DNA of 64,000 nucleotides. It comes from an uncultured Planctomycetota bacterium (lineage in GTDB: Bacteria; Planctomycetota; Planctomycetia; Pirellulales; Lacipirellulaceae). Made by a program: the position numbers and the translations under genes. A model generated the notes under the pieces. The model saw only the letters and a program-made list of their open reading frames with translations, searched no databases and was not told the origin of the DNA. Numbering within the stretch: position 1 is the first letter of the stretch; every line of letters starts with the position of its first letter. The stretch covers positions 576,001-640,000 of the forward strand of contig CAVRBU010000004.1 of the NCBI GenBank assembly GCA_963719315.1, in the 5' to 3' direction. Positions 10,057 through 19,390 of this stretch are shown here, in pieces.

Positions 10057-10779
10057 CTAACTATTGGACTTCGATTCTGGATTGCGCTGGCCACGTCCGC
10101 CGCGATTACCGGGTTGACGGCCGCCGCCTCGCAATTGGGACATGTCGATATCGACCTTCTCGCCCTTCATGGCTTCGAGTTGGGCCTGCTGATCGCTCGT
10201 GAGGACCGCCATCAGCTTACTGTTCGATTCTTCGCGGAGCTTCTCCAGTTTCTCACGTGCGCCAGCTTGATCGCGGCCGCCTTGAAACGCCTCGCGCATC
10301 GCCGCACGATTGCTTTCGCGGACCTCATCCATTTTTTTCTTCTGATCGTCGGTGAGGTTCAGCTCTTTCGCAATCGCCGGATCGGCTGCCGCGCCGGCGC
10401 CAGCGACTTGGACAAAAATGCCCATCAACCGCTTTTGCTGGGTCTCGTCCAGCACTTCGTTGATCTGCTTGGTCGTGCTGGCCATCAACTCCTGCATCTT
10501 GTCTCGGCCGCCGCCGTCTTGCATCGCCTTGCGGATGTCCTCTCGCGCCTGATCGTTGATTTTTTCCAATTTGCTCTTTTGATCATCGGTGAGCTTCAGC
10601 GCGTCTTGTACTTCCTTGAGCATCAACAACCGAGTGGAGGACGGCGCACCGCCGAAACCGCCGCCTGCACCCCCGCGTCCGCCGCGGCGCCCTTGCTGCT
10701 GAGCTAGCGAAACCTGTGAAACCATCGCGACGAACGCCAACGCGGCAAGCATCGCCCAGACCGATCTTGAAAAACGCAT
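10057..10779 (-). CDS. Secreted Spy/CpxP-like LTXXQ-repeat protein
   Basis: Signal peptide, then LKLTDDQK, LNLTDDQK and VLTSDQQ repeats. Confidence 0.75.
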   Translation of the reverse strand: MRFSRSVWAMLAALAFVAMVSQVSLAQQQGRRGGRGGAGGGFGGAPSSTRLLMLKEVQDALKLTDDQKSKLEKINDQAREDIRKAMQDGGGRDKMQELMASTTKQINEVLDETQQKRLMGIFVQVAGAGAAADPAIAKELNLTDDQKKKMDEVRESNRAAMREAFQGGRDQAGAREKLEKLREESNSKLMAVLTSDQQAQLEAMKGEKVDIDMSQLRGGGRQPGNRGGRGQRNPESKSNS

Positions 10780-11022
10780 CTTATCTACCCTTTCATTGTG
10801 CAGTGTTGCGCCCATGCGCGGACAGAAAGCCCCACGCCACCAACAGATCAAACCCGCCGGCCAGACGCGGGTTTCGGTCAAAGTGGGCGGTTTTGGGAAA
10901 CGTCCGACAGGCTGGCAGAATAGCGGGTTCTAGGTGGCAAGAACGCTCCGAATGCCGTAGCCGACGGGCCAAAACGCAACGCCGCTCGAAAGGGCTGGTA
11001 GACGGCATGCCCAGCATGCCTG

Positions 11023-11724
11023 CTACGACTTCATGCTGGCTGGGTCGCGAAAACGGTAGCCGATGCCCCGCACGGTTTCCACTAGAACGGCATGAAGACC
11101 CATTTTCTTGCGGAGCGAGCGAACGTGCACGTCGATCGTCCGCTCCAGAACGAGAGAATCGCCCCCCAACGCCGAATCGATCAGCTCAGAGCGGGAAAAC
11201 ACCCGGCCCGGCTGCCGCACCAGGGCCGCCAACAGCCCGAATTCGCTCGGCGTCAGGTCCAGCGGCTGCTCCTCGATCGTCACGCGGTGCCGATCGCGAT
11301 CGACCATCACGCCTTGGCTCACCACCACGCTATCGTCGCCATTGTTCCCCTCCCGGCGACGGAGTAGCGCACGAATTCGCTCCAACAGCACCTTTACGCT
11401 GAACGGCTTGGCGACGTAGTCATCTGTGCCGACAGAAAAGCCGACTACCTCGTCGGTCTCTTCCGCCTTAGCTGTGAGCATCAACACGAGTGTGTTGCGA
11501 GTCGCCGGATCGGCTCGGAGCCGACGGCAAACTTCCAGGCCGTCGATCATCGGGAGCATGAGGTCGAGCACGACTAAGTCGGGCCCGCGGACCCGAGCCT
11601 GCCGCAAACCTTCCTGGCCATCGTTGGCCACGGCCGTTTGATAGCCGTCCTGGCGCAGGTTGTATTCCAAGACTTCCGCCAGCGACCGATCATCCTCAAC
11701 GATAAGAATATTACCTTTAGGCAT
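11023..11724 (-). CDS. phoB: Phosphate regulon response regulator (OmpR family)
   Basis: Receiver domain (VEDD, LDLMLP, KPF) plus wHTH (ERTIDVHV..LRKK, TVRGIGY); directly after phoU. Confidence 0.9.
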   Translation of the reverse strand: MPKGNILIVEDDRSLAEVLEYNLRQDGYQTAVANDGQEGLRQARVRGPDLVVLDLMLPMIDGLEVCRRLRADPATRNTLVLMLTAKAEETDEVVGFSVGTDDYVAKPFSVKVLLERIRALLRRREGNNGDDSVVVSQGVMVDRDRHRVTIEEQPLDLTPSEFGLLAALVRQPGRVFSRSELIDSALGGDSLVLERTIDVHVRSLRKKMGLHAVLVETVRGIGYRFRDPASMKS

Positions 11725-11737
11725 AACGGCAATGCAA

Positions 11738-12415
11738 TTACTTGGGGGACGTATTCAGATTATCAAGGTGATGCCGAGCGATTTCGCCTTCGACCAGGTA
11801 GATCACATCCTCGGCGATGTTCGTGGCACAGTCGCCGATCCGCTCCACGTGGCGGCAGACCGAGAAGAAATGCAGCGCCGCCTCGACCAACTCCGGCCGC
11901 GAGCGCATGATCTCGAGCAGGTCGTCGATGACGCGCCGGTTGTATTCGTCCACTTCGTCATCGCGCCGGCACACCTCGCGGGCCACGTCGACATTCTGAT
12001 CCACAAACGCATCCAGCGCTTCGTGCACCATGTCCGACGCTCGGTCGAACATCCGCTCGAGCTTGGCTGGAATCTCGAACTCCGGATACTCGGTTAGCGA
12101 AATCGTCCGCTCCGCGATGTTCACGGCAAGGTCGGCGATTCGCTCGAGCTCGGTGTTGATCTTGAGAACCGTCGCGGTCCGGCGCAGGTCGACCGCCACC
12201 GGCTGATGCAGCGCGAGAATCTTGAGGCACTCCTCTTCGATCTTCACCTCGCGGACATTGATGCCGATTTCGCTGGCCGCGACTTCGGTCGCGAGATCGC
12301 CGCGACGCTCAAGCAGCGCCTGGCACGCCTTTGCGATCATCTCCTCGACCCGCGACGACTGGTCGAGGATTTCGCGCTCCAGGGTCTCTAAATCGCGTTC
12401 CAAATGCTTTGACAT
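11738..12415 (-). CDS. phoU: Phosphate signalling protein PhoU
   Basis: LALHQPVAVDLR, ELERIADLAVNIA, ERIGDCATNIAEDVIY. Confidence 0.95.
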   Translation of the reverse strand: MSKHLERDLETLEREILDQSSRVEEMIAKACQALLERRGDLATEVAASEIGINVREVKIEEECLKILALHQPVAVDLRRTATVLKINTELERIADLAVNIAERTISLTEYPEFEIPAKLERMFDRASDMVHEALDAFVDQNVDVAREVCRRDDEVDEYNRRVIDDLLEIMRSRPELVEAALHFFSVCRHVERIGDCATNIAEDVIYLVEGEIARHHLDNLNTSPK

Positions 12416-12426
12416 AGTGATGTGGT

Positions 12427-12509
12427 GGGTGGGCAAGTGGGTGAGTGCGTAGGTGAGCAGGTGTCGAAATGCAATCCCTACTCACCTACTCGCCCACTCT
12501 CACCTGCCC
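12427..12509. repeat. Periodic inverted-arm hairpin between pstB and phoU
   Basis: GTAGGTGAGCAGG pairs with CCTACTCACCTAC (1 mismatch); the degenerate periodic arms extend further. Confidence 0.75.
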
Positions 12510-13379
12510 CTATCCAAACCGCCCCGTAATGTAATCTTCCGTCTGCTTGCGAGTCGGGTTCGTGAACAGCTCGTTCGTGGAACCCGCCTCGATTAGTTCA
12601 CCCTGGTAGAAAAACGCGGTCCGATCGGAAACCCGGGCCGCTTGTTGCATGTTATGCGTCACGATCACGATCGTGTACCGGTCCCGCAACTCGAAGATCA
12701 AATCCTCGATGCGCGAAGTCGAGGACGGATCGAGCGCCGACGCAGGCTCGTCCATCAGCAACACGTCCGGATTGGTCGCCAGGGCCCGCGCGATACAAAG
12801 CCGTTGCTGCTGCCCACCCGATAGTTGCAGCGCCGACTCATCCAGCCGGTCCTTGACTTCCTCCCACAACGCGGCCCGAGTCAGCGACTTCTCGACAATC
12901 TCATACAGTGCCGCCTTCTGCCGGACGCCGGCCACACGCGGCCCGTACACCACGTTCTCGAAGATCGACTTGGGAAACGGATTCGATTTCTGAAAGACCA
13001 TGCCGACCCGCTTGCGCAGTTCGACAACGTCCACTTTCGGACCCAAAATATCGCCGCCGTCGAGCAGGACATCGCCCTCGACCCGCGTTCCGTCGATCAA
13101 GTCGTTCATTCGGTTAAGGCAACGCAAGAACGTGCTCTTGCCGCAACCCGAAGGGCCAATGAAAGCCGTAACGCAGTGTTCCGGAATCAACAGCGAAACG
13201 TCGGCCAGCGCCTGCTTCGCACCGTAATAAAAATTGAGGTGCGTCACCGAGATCTTCGGCGTGCGGCGCTCCAATTCATCGGCCGTGCGCGGGGCGTTCT
13301 CGGGGAAAAGATGGTGGCCGCACTGCCATAATTGGTCGTTTAACGGGTGTGTCTTGCATGACTTGGCGCTCTTCAGCAC
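12510..13379 (-). CDS. pstB: Phosphate ABC transporter ATPase; start uncertain, possible indel near 13302
   Basis: [48 protein letters not shown]. Confidence 0.96.
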   Translation of the reverse strand: MLKSAKSCKTHPLNDQLWQCGHHLFPENAPRTADELERRTPKISVTHLNFYYGAKQALADVSLLIPEHCVTAFIGPSGCGKSTFLRCLNRMNDLIDGTRVEGDVLLDGGDILGPKVDVVELRKRVGMVFQKSNPFPKSIFENVVYGPRVAGVRQKAALYEIVEKSLTRAALWEEVKDRLDESALQLSGGQQQRLCIARALATNPDVLLMDEPASALDPSSTSRIEDLIFELRDRYTIVIVTHNMQQAARVSDRTAFFYQGELIEAGSTNELFTNPTRKQTEDYITGRFG

Positions 13380-13394
13380 ACGAGACGAGTTCGC

Positions 13395-14309
13395 TCAGGC
13401 CTGGGCGGGCTGGTCGCGTTGTATATTGTACACGGTCAACCGCAACGCAAGATTTAACGCAAACACCAATCCGATAAGCAGCAACATGCCGGCCCATGCC
13501 AGGTTCTGCTCGGCCTGATCCGGACCTGTAGCATACACGAAAATCTGAACCGTCAGCGACGGGAACGGCTGCGACGGATTAAGCGTCAACAACCGTGAGC
13601 CGAGTGCCGTGAACAGCAGCGGCGCCGTCTCGCCGGCCACCCGGGCAATCGCGAGCATGATGCCGGTAATGATGCTGCCGCTCGCGGCGGGCAGCACCAC
13701 TTGCAGAATCGTGCGGGCTTTCGTCGCGCCGAGCGCGATCGACGCATCGCGGTAACTGTTGGGCACTAGCCGCAGCATTTCTTCGGTCGTGCGGGCGACG
13801 ATCGGAATCATGATGAACGCCAACGCACACGCGCCTGCGTAACCGTTAAAACTTCCCATCGGCACGACCACAAGCTCGTAACCGAGGATGCCCACAACGA
13901 TCGACGGCACGCCGGTTAGCACGTCCGCAATGAACCTCATAGGTGCAGCGAGCCACGAGCGCGCCGAGTATTCGGAAAGATAGATACCCGCCAGCATGCC
14001 GATCGGAATGCCAACGAGGCTCGCCAGACCGATCAGAATTCCCGTTCCCACCAGGGCGTTCTTTAAACCGCCGGGCGCACCGTCCATACCGGTCGGAATA
14101 GGCACTTCCGTGAAAATATCCCAGCTTAGGTATCGCAGGCCTTTGCTCAAAAGATAAAACGTAACGCACGCCAACAGCCCCAAAATGCAGACCGTGAACA
14201 GCACGCACAAGATCTTCATCAAGGCGGATTGAATCGTTACGAGCCGCCGGTAAAGCGGACGTCCGATTCGTGTAGCCTGGGTTAGTGACGGGGCCATACG
14301 TGAATCCAC
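13395..14309 (-). CDS. pstA: Phosphate ABC transporter permease PstA
   Basis: GVPSIVVG, ARTTEEML, ARVAGETAPLL. Confidence 0.95.
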   Translation of the reverse strand: MDSRMAPSLTQATRIGRPLYRRLVTIQSALMKILCVLFTVCILGLLACVTFYLLSKGLRYLSWDIFTEVPIPTGMDGAPGGLKNALVGTGILIGLASLVGIPIGMLAGIYLSEYSARSWLAAPMRFIADVLTGVPSIVVGILGYELVVVPMGSFNGYAGACALAFIMIPIVARTTEEMLRLVPNSYRDASIALGATKARTILQVVLPAASGSIITGIMLAIARVAGETAPLLFTALGSRLLTLNPSQPFPSLTVQIFVYATGPDQAEQNLAWAGMLLLIGLVFALNLALRLTVYNIQRDQPAQA

Positions 14310-14313
14310 TCAA

Positions 14314-15440
14314 CTAATGCGCCGCCGCGGTGCGGGCGCTACCGCCCACGACCAGCCGGCGGGCCGTAACATTGAACAACAACGACATCAGCAGCAAAAT
14401 CAACGCCACCTCAGACAATGCGGCGCGGTGCAGCGGCGAGCTGGCCTCGGCAAACTCATTGGCTAACAAGCTGGCCATCGTCTGGGCCGGCGCGAACGGT
14501 GATGCGCTGATCCGGTTCGCGTTGCCAATCACCATTGTAATCGCCATCGTTTCACCGGCCGCCCGCGCCAGGCCGAGCATCACGGCCCCGAACAGGGCCG
14601 AGCGCGCGTATTGCAGCATCTCCCACGAGCTTTGCCACCACGTGGCGCCGAGGGCCAAAGTCCCCTCGATCTGGCGCGCGGGACCGTCTTGAGCACGTCG
14701 CGGCTGATCGCGGTAATGATCGGCAAAATCATGATCGAAAGCACCAGTCCGCCGCAAAACATGTCGCGACCCGTCAGCGGCAGCATGCGGCTCAGGATCT
14801 GGTCGCCGCGGGTCGATGTTTCGGTGAACAGCCAGGCGCTCGCGCCGGGAACCCAGCCGAGTCCAGTCCGCAGCGCCGGCTCGACGTAATGCTGCAAAAA
14901 CGGCGCAAGCACGAACAGCCCCCACATGCCGTAGGCAATGGAAGGGATTGCAGCTAGAAACTCGACCAAAAACGACACCGGCCCCGCCAACCACCGCGGG
15001 CTCACTCTCACCAGAAATAACGCCGTACCCAAGCTCAGCGGCACCGCAAACAGAAGTGCGAGCAATGAGCTAACGGCCGTGCCGTAGATCGCCGGCAAAG
15101 CGCCGAACGCTGGCGGACTGGTTTTCATCACCACTTCGCCGTCTTCCACGATCACGTGCCCGGCCGCATCGCGAGCCGGGGCGCTCAATTCGTTCGGCCG
15201 CCATTCGGAGGTGAACAAGAACTTCCAGCCGAATGTGTGCATGCTCGGCCAGGCGGCATAGGCGAGCACCGAGAGCAGCACGACCAGCATCGCAATGATG
15301 GTGACGGCCCCCAGTCGCGACAAGAATTCGAGGACCATGTCGCCGCTGATTCCGCGGCGCTCTCGCACCAGCGAGCGCACGGGCACACCGGCCGGCGGAA
15401 CCCCGGCGCCTGAGACATTGACGTGACTCGCTGGCGACAT
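14314..15440 (-). CDS. pstC: Phosphate ABC transporter permease PstC, frameshifted near 14673
   Basis: LAAIPSIAYGMWG in one frame; ARAAGETMA and ANEFAEA in the next. Confidence 0.92.
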
Positions 15441-15468
15441 CGATTTCAGTCCGATTGCTGACGCAGCA

Positions 15469-16560
15469 TTACTTGCCGATCGTGAGCGCCTCGCCTCGAT
15501 ACGTGATGGTTTTGAGCGCTTCTTCGACCTTCTCTTGCACCTCTGGAGCTAGCGGTGCGTAACCCAGTTCCGCCGCGAACTTTTGCCCGTCGTGAGTCGC
15601 CCACCAGAGAAAGCTCAGCAAATCTTGCGCGGCTTCCTTATTGGCCAGGTTCTTCAAATCCTTGTAGACGATCAAATACGTAAACGACGCAATCGGATAT
15701 GCCTCTTCGCCGGGTTGATTCCAGATGTCAGCCGCTAGGATCTGGCCGCTGTTGCCGAAATCTGCCCCAATACCAGCTTTGGAAACCGATTCCGCCGTCG
15801 CTTCGACAAATTTCCCGTTTTTGTTCTTCACTTGTCCGTGCAACAAGTGATTGTTGTCGGCGTAACTCTGCTCGACGTATCCCAATCCACCCGCAGTCTG
15901 TTGCACGACGGCCGTCACGCCCTCATTACCCTTACCACCTTGACCGAAAGGCCACTGAACTTGTTTGCCCGTGCCAATCGTGGCGACGAATGGTTCCGAT
16001 TGCGTGGCTAGATAGTTCGTGAATATGAAGTTCGTGCCCGAACCGTCGGTGCGCCACACCGGGGTAATCGCCAAATCCGGAGGGGCAACGCCGGGGTTCA
16101 AGGCGGCGATGGCAGGGTCGTTCCAATGGCTCACTTTGCCCAGATAAATATCCGCCAGCAGGGCGCCCGTAAACTTAAGCGGTATTTTGACATCGCCCAC
16201 GTTGTAAATGGGCACCACACCTCCGGCGCAGGAAGGAAACTCAACGATGTTCGCTTCCCCGCCGGCGCCTTCCAGTTCTTTTTTGTTCATCGGCGCATCG
16301 GAAGCGCAGAACTGCACTGTCTTATCGGTGATCGCCCGAATGCCGCCGCCGGAGCCGATGGATTGATAGTCAATTAACACGCCCGGGTGCTGCTGCTGGT
16401 AGACGACAACGAGGCGCTTGTAGAAGGGCGCCGGAAAAGTTGCGCCGGCCCCCTGCAGCCGCGTCTTCGCTCCCGCCGTACCAGCCGGATTCGACTGTAC
16501 GCACCCGCTTACAACCACCACGCCAACGATGATCGCGACCGATATAGATTGGTTCATCAA
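15469..16560 (-). CDS. pstS: Phosphate-binding lipoprotein PstS
   Basis: GAGATFPAP, YQSIGSGGG, RTDGSGT, GKGNEGV, YPIASFT. Confidence 0.96.
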   Translation of the reverse strand: MMNQSISVAIIVGVVVVSGCVQSNPAGTAGAKTRLQGAGATFPAPFYKRLVVVYQQQHPGVLIDYQSIGSGGGIRAITDKTVQFCASDAPMNKKELEGAGGEANIVEFPSCAGGVVPIYNVGDVKIPLKFTGALLADIYLGKVSHWNDPAIAALNPGVAPPDLAITPVWRTDGSGTNFIFTNYLATQSEPFVATIGTGKQVQWPFGQGGKGNEGVTAVVQQTAGGLGYVEQSYADNNHLLHGQVKNKNGKFVEATAESVSKAGIGADFGNSGQILAADIWNQPGEEAYPIASFTYLIVYKDLKNLANKEAAQDLLSFLWWATHDGQKFAAELGYAPLAPEVQEKVEEALKTITYRGEALTIGK

Positions 16561-16609
16561 ATCGCTACCTGAATCAAAGCTGCTCCCCGATCCACCGTGA
16601 ACTGCAATA

Positions 16610-16860
16610 CGAATGCAGTGTCATCGCTTGACTTACGGATTAGCCGCAGGGCGCTAGCCCACGGTTGGAGCGACAATAACCGTTGGTGGCGTCCTAATTT
16701 GCGGCACAACAACCTGGTAGCACGGACTTCAGTCCGTGATTCTCGTACGGACTGAAGTCCGTGCTACAAAGTTCCGGTCCGAACGGTGCCAAGTTAGGAC
16801 ACCACCTAACTCTAACCTGATCTGTCCAAGCCCCATTTCAAGTTATTGACAAAACACTAA
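16610..16860. mobile_element. Degenerate CTAG-type MITE containing a second TIR element (16685-16806) that holds a GTAG REP doublet (16717-16767)
   Basis: Outer ends align with the 50627 element; inner TIRs GGTGGCGTCCTAATTT / AAGTTAGGACACCACC; core GTAGCACGGACTTCAGTCCGT...ACGGACTGAAGTCCGTGCTAC. Confidence 0.75.
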
Positions 16861-16881
16861 TGCAGTAGCCTAAGGGAGAAT

Positions 16882-16898
16882 TGTGAAGAGCGTGTTAA
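16882..16898 (-). promoter_or_regulatory. Candidate Pho box upstream of pstS
   Basis: Minus strand TTAACA-N5-TTCACA, an 11-bp-period direct repeat. Confidence 0.5.
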
Positions 16899-17083
16899 GA
16901 ATATGCGAAAATGAGTTTGAGGGAGGCCTCTCCGAGGCCGATGCCGCGTTACGATTTGCCTGCCCGATCGGCGTCAGAAACGCCCCCACAGGCTTATTTG
17001 CCAGGCAGCCAGCAAAAGATTGAATGCGGCGGGCACTTGCGCACCGATCCCCCAACATCATGCGGCGGTATTGCAGTCCACGA

Positions 17084-19001
17084 TCATCCGGTCGACGATC
17101 GTGACCCCCCGTTCCGCAACTTGCGGGCTGCGGCGCCAAACCGAATCGTCGGCGCCGTGCGCCGGTGCTGCTCCGCGGTACGGCGGAAGGAATGGACGAT
17201 ATCGCTCCGCGTTAAGATGCCGACCAGCCGCGGCGGCTTGTCGTGCGTCATCACCGGCAACCGGCCGATGTCGTGATTGGCCATGTGCTCGACGGCCTGC
17301 CGCACACTCGTATCCTCGTACACGAACTTCGGTGGGCGTCGCACGAGATCGCGAACGGTCGCCGTGGCCGGCGCTTTCGGATCCATGAGGTCTCGATGGG
17401 TCAGCACACCGACGAGCACTTGCTTTGCGTCCAGTACGGGAAATCCCTGGTGATGACTGTCCGCTGTCTCCTTCGACAGCCATTCGCGAACCTGCTCCAC
17501 GCGATCGTCCGCCGCGAGCGCCACCACATTCATCGTCGCAAATTCGCGGACCAGAATCTGATCGAGCAAGTCTGCCACGTACTCCCGCGGTGGCCGAATG
17601 CCGCGGCGCGCGATCTTCTCCGTCATCAGCGTATTCCGCATCAACAAGCACGAAATGAGGTACGACGTGGTGCAGCCCACCAGCAGCGGCAACAAACCCA
17701 TGGGCTCAAGCGTGGTTTCGAACGCGAAGACGGCCGACGCCATGAACGCCCGCGACGCCCCGCCGAACATTGCCGCCATCCCCACCAGCGCGGCCACCCG
17801 CGCATCGACGCCCAACCCGGGCCAAATCGCCACCACGGCGCTGCCGATCGCCAGTCCAAACGCGCTGCCGATCGTACACAACGGCGCAAGCGTACCGCCC
17901 GATGTGCCGCTCGACAGCGATATCGCCCACGAAACAAGCTTCAATACGCCCAGCGCCAGCGCCGCCGTGGCAACAGTATTTCCTGAGAGACTATTGGTGA
18001 TATTGTAATAGCCGACACCAAACGTCTTCGGCTCGAAGTATCCGACGACGCCCACGGCCACGGCGCCGATAGCCGGCCACCACATCCAATGCAGCGGGAG
18101 CCGCTCTTCGAAACCGTCTTCGAGCATGTAGATCAAGCGGGTGGTCAGCACCGCCAAACCGCCCATCACGCAGCCGAGCACTGCGTAGAAGACCAGCGCT
18201 GAGAGACGCCGCTGCGACGTGTGGCATCGCGAACATGCCCTGCGCTCCCTCCAAGGCGACGTGAATCCCGGCCGCCGTCGCGCTGGCAAGCGCCACCGGA
18301 ATAATCGACGCCGCTCGATATTCGAACAGCAGCAGCTCGATCGCCAGCAGCACGGCCGAGACCGGGCTATCGAACGTGGCCGCCATGCCGGCCGCCGCTC
18401 CGGCCGCAAGCAGCGTCTTCCGCTCTTGCGCCGTTGTGCTGAGTATTTGCCCGAACAGCGAACCGAGCGCGCCCCCAGTCGCGATGATCGGCCCTTCCGC
18501 GCCGAATGGGCCGCCCGTTCCAATTGCCACGGCGGCCGACAACGGCTTCAAGAACGTCACCCGCGCCGGAATCCGGCTTTCATTACTCAGAACCTGGTCC
18601 ATCGCTTCGGGAATGCCGTGGCCGCGGATCGCCTTCGACCCGTACCGCGCCATGAGGCCGACGATCAGCCCGCCCACGATTGGCACACCGATCACCCACA
18701 GGCCGAGTTGGTTCTCCGACGGAGAGACGACCTCCAGCGAGAAGCGCTGAAAGAACGCCATGTTCGTAAACAGCGCAATCAGCCGCACGAACGCTATCGA
18801 AACCCCCGCCGCGGCCACTCCAATCAGCACCGCTATCAGCGATATCTGGATAACCCGCCCGTCCACGAGCGCCGCTTCGGTTGGCACTTGGGCGGCATCC
18901 GTCACCAATTCGAGCGCGGGGGAAACCGGCAAGCCGTCCCCCTTCCCGGGAAGCGGCTTGCCCTCAAGTATTAGTTCTGCGTCAGTCGACATAGGGGCCA
19001 A
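17084..19001 (-). CDS. ClC-family channel/antiporter with C-terminal CBS pair, frameshifted near 18197
   Basis: GHGIPE, GPFGAEGP, GTSGGTLAP; CBS motifs GFPVLD and GRLPV...GILTRSDI. Confidence 0.9.
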
Positions 19002-19130
19002 ATCAGGCCGGCCGATAAAAAAATGACGGCCGACCGAGTTTCGCCATCATAGTCAAATCCCGTCCGCCAATCGAGTGGAAAAATTCTCGCCCCTCCGGCA
19101 AGCATGCAGACCCCTCCGCCGCCGATCGGT

Positions 19131-19262
19131 GGTGCGTTGTCAAAGCGAACGATCGGAGTTTGACAGATCAGCCGCAGGGCGCTAGCCCACGGTTGGAATG
19201 GCAAAACCGGGGGCTAGCGCCCTGCGGCTCATCCGAAAATCAAGCGTTGACGCAGCACTAGC
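19131..19262. mobile_element. Diverged CTAG-type MITE with GGGCGCTAGCCC hairpin core
   Basis: Core AGCCGCAGGGCGCTAGCCC...GGGCTAGCGCCCTGCGGCT; right end TTGACGCAGCACTAG. Confidence 0.7.
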
Positions 19263-19390
19263 GACAACTCGCGAGCCTTGCCGCCGGTTGCCCAAAGCCC
19301 GATTTCCAGGCAAGATGGTCTGCATCCGAACGCCCTTCATTTAAGTCCGGTCGAAGCCTCTACTGGGCTCGAACAATAATTCTAAGCGAG

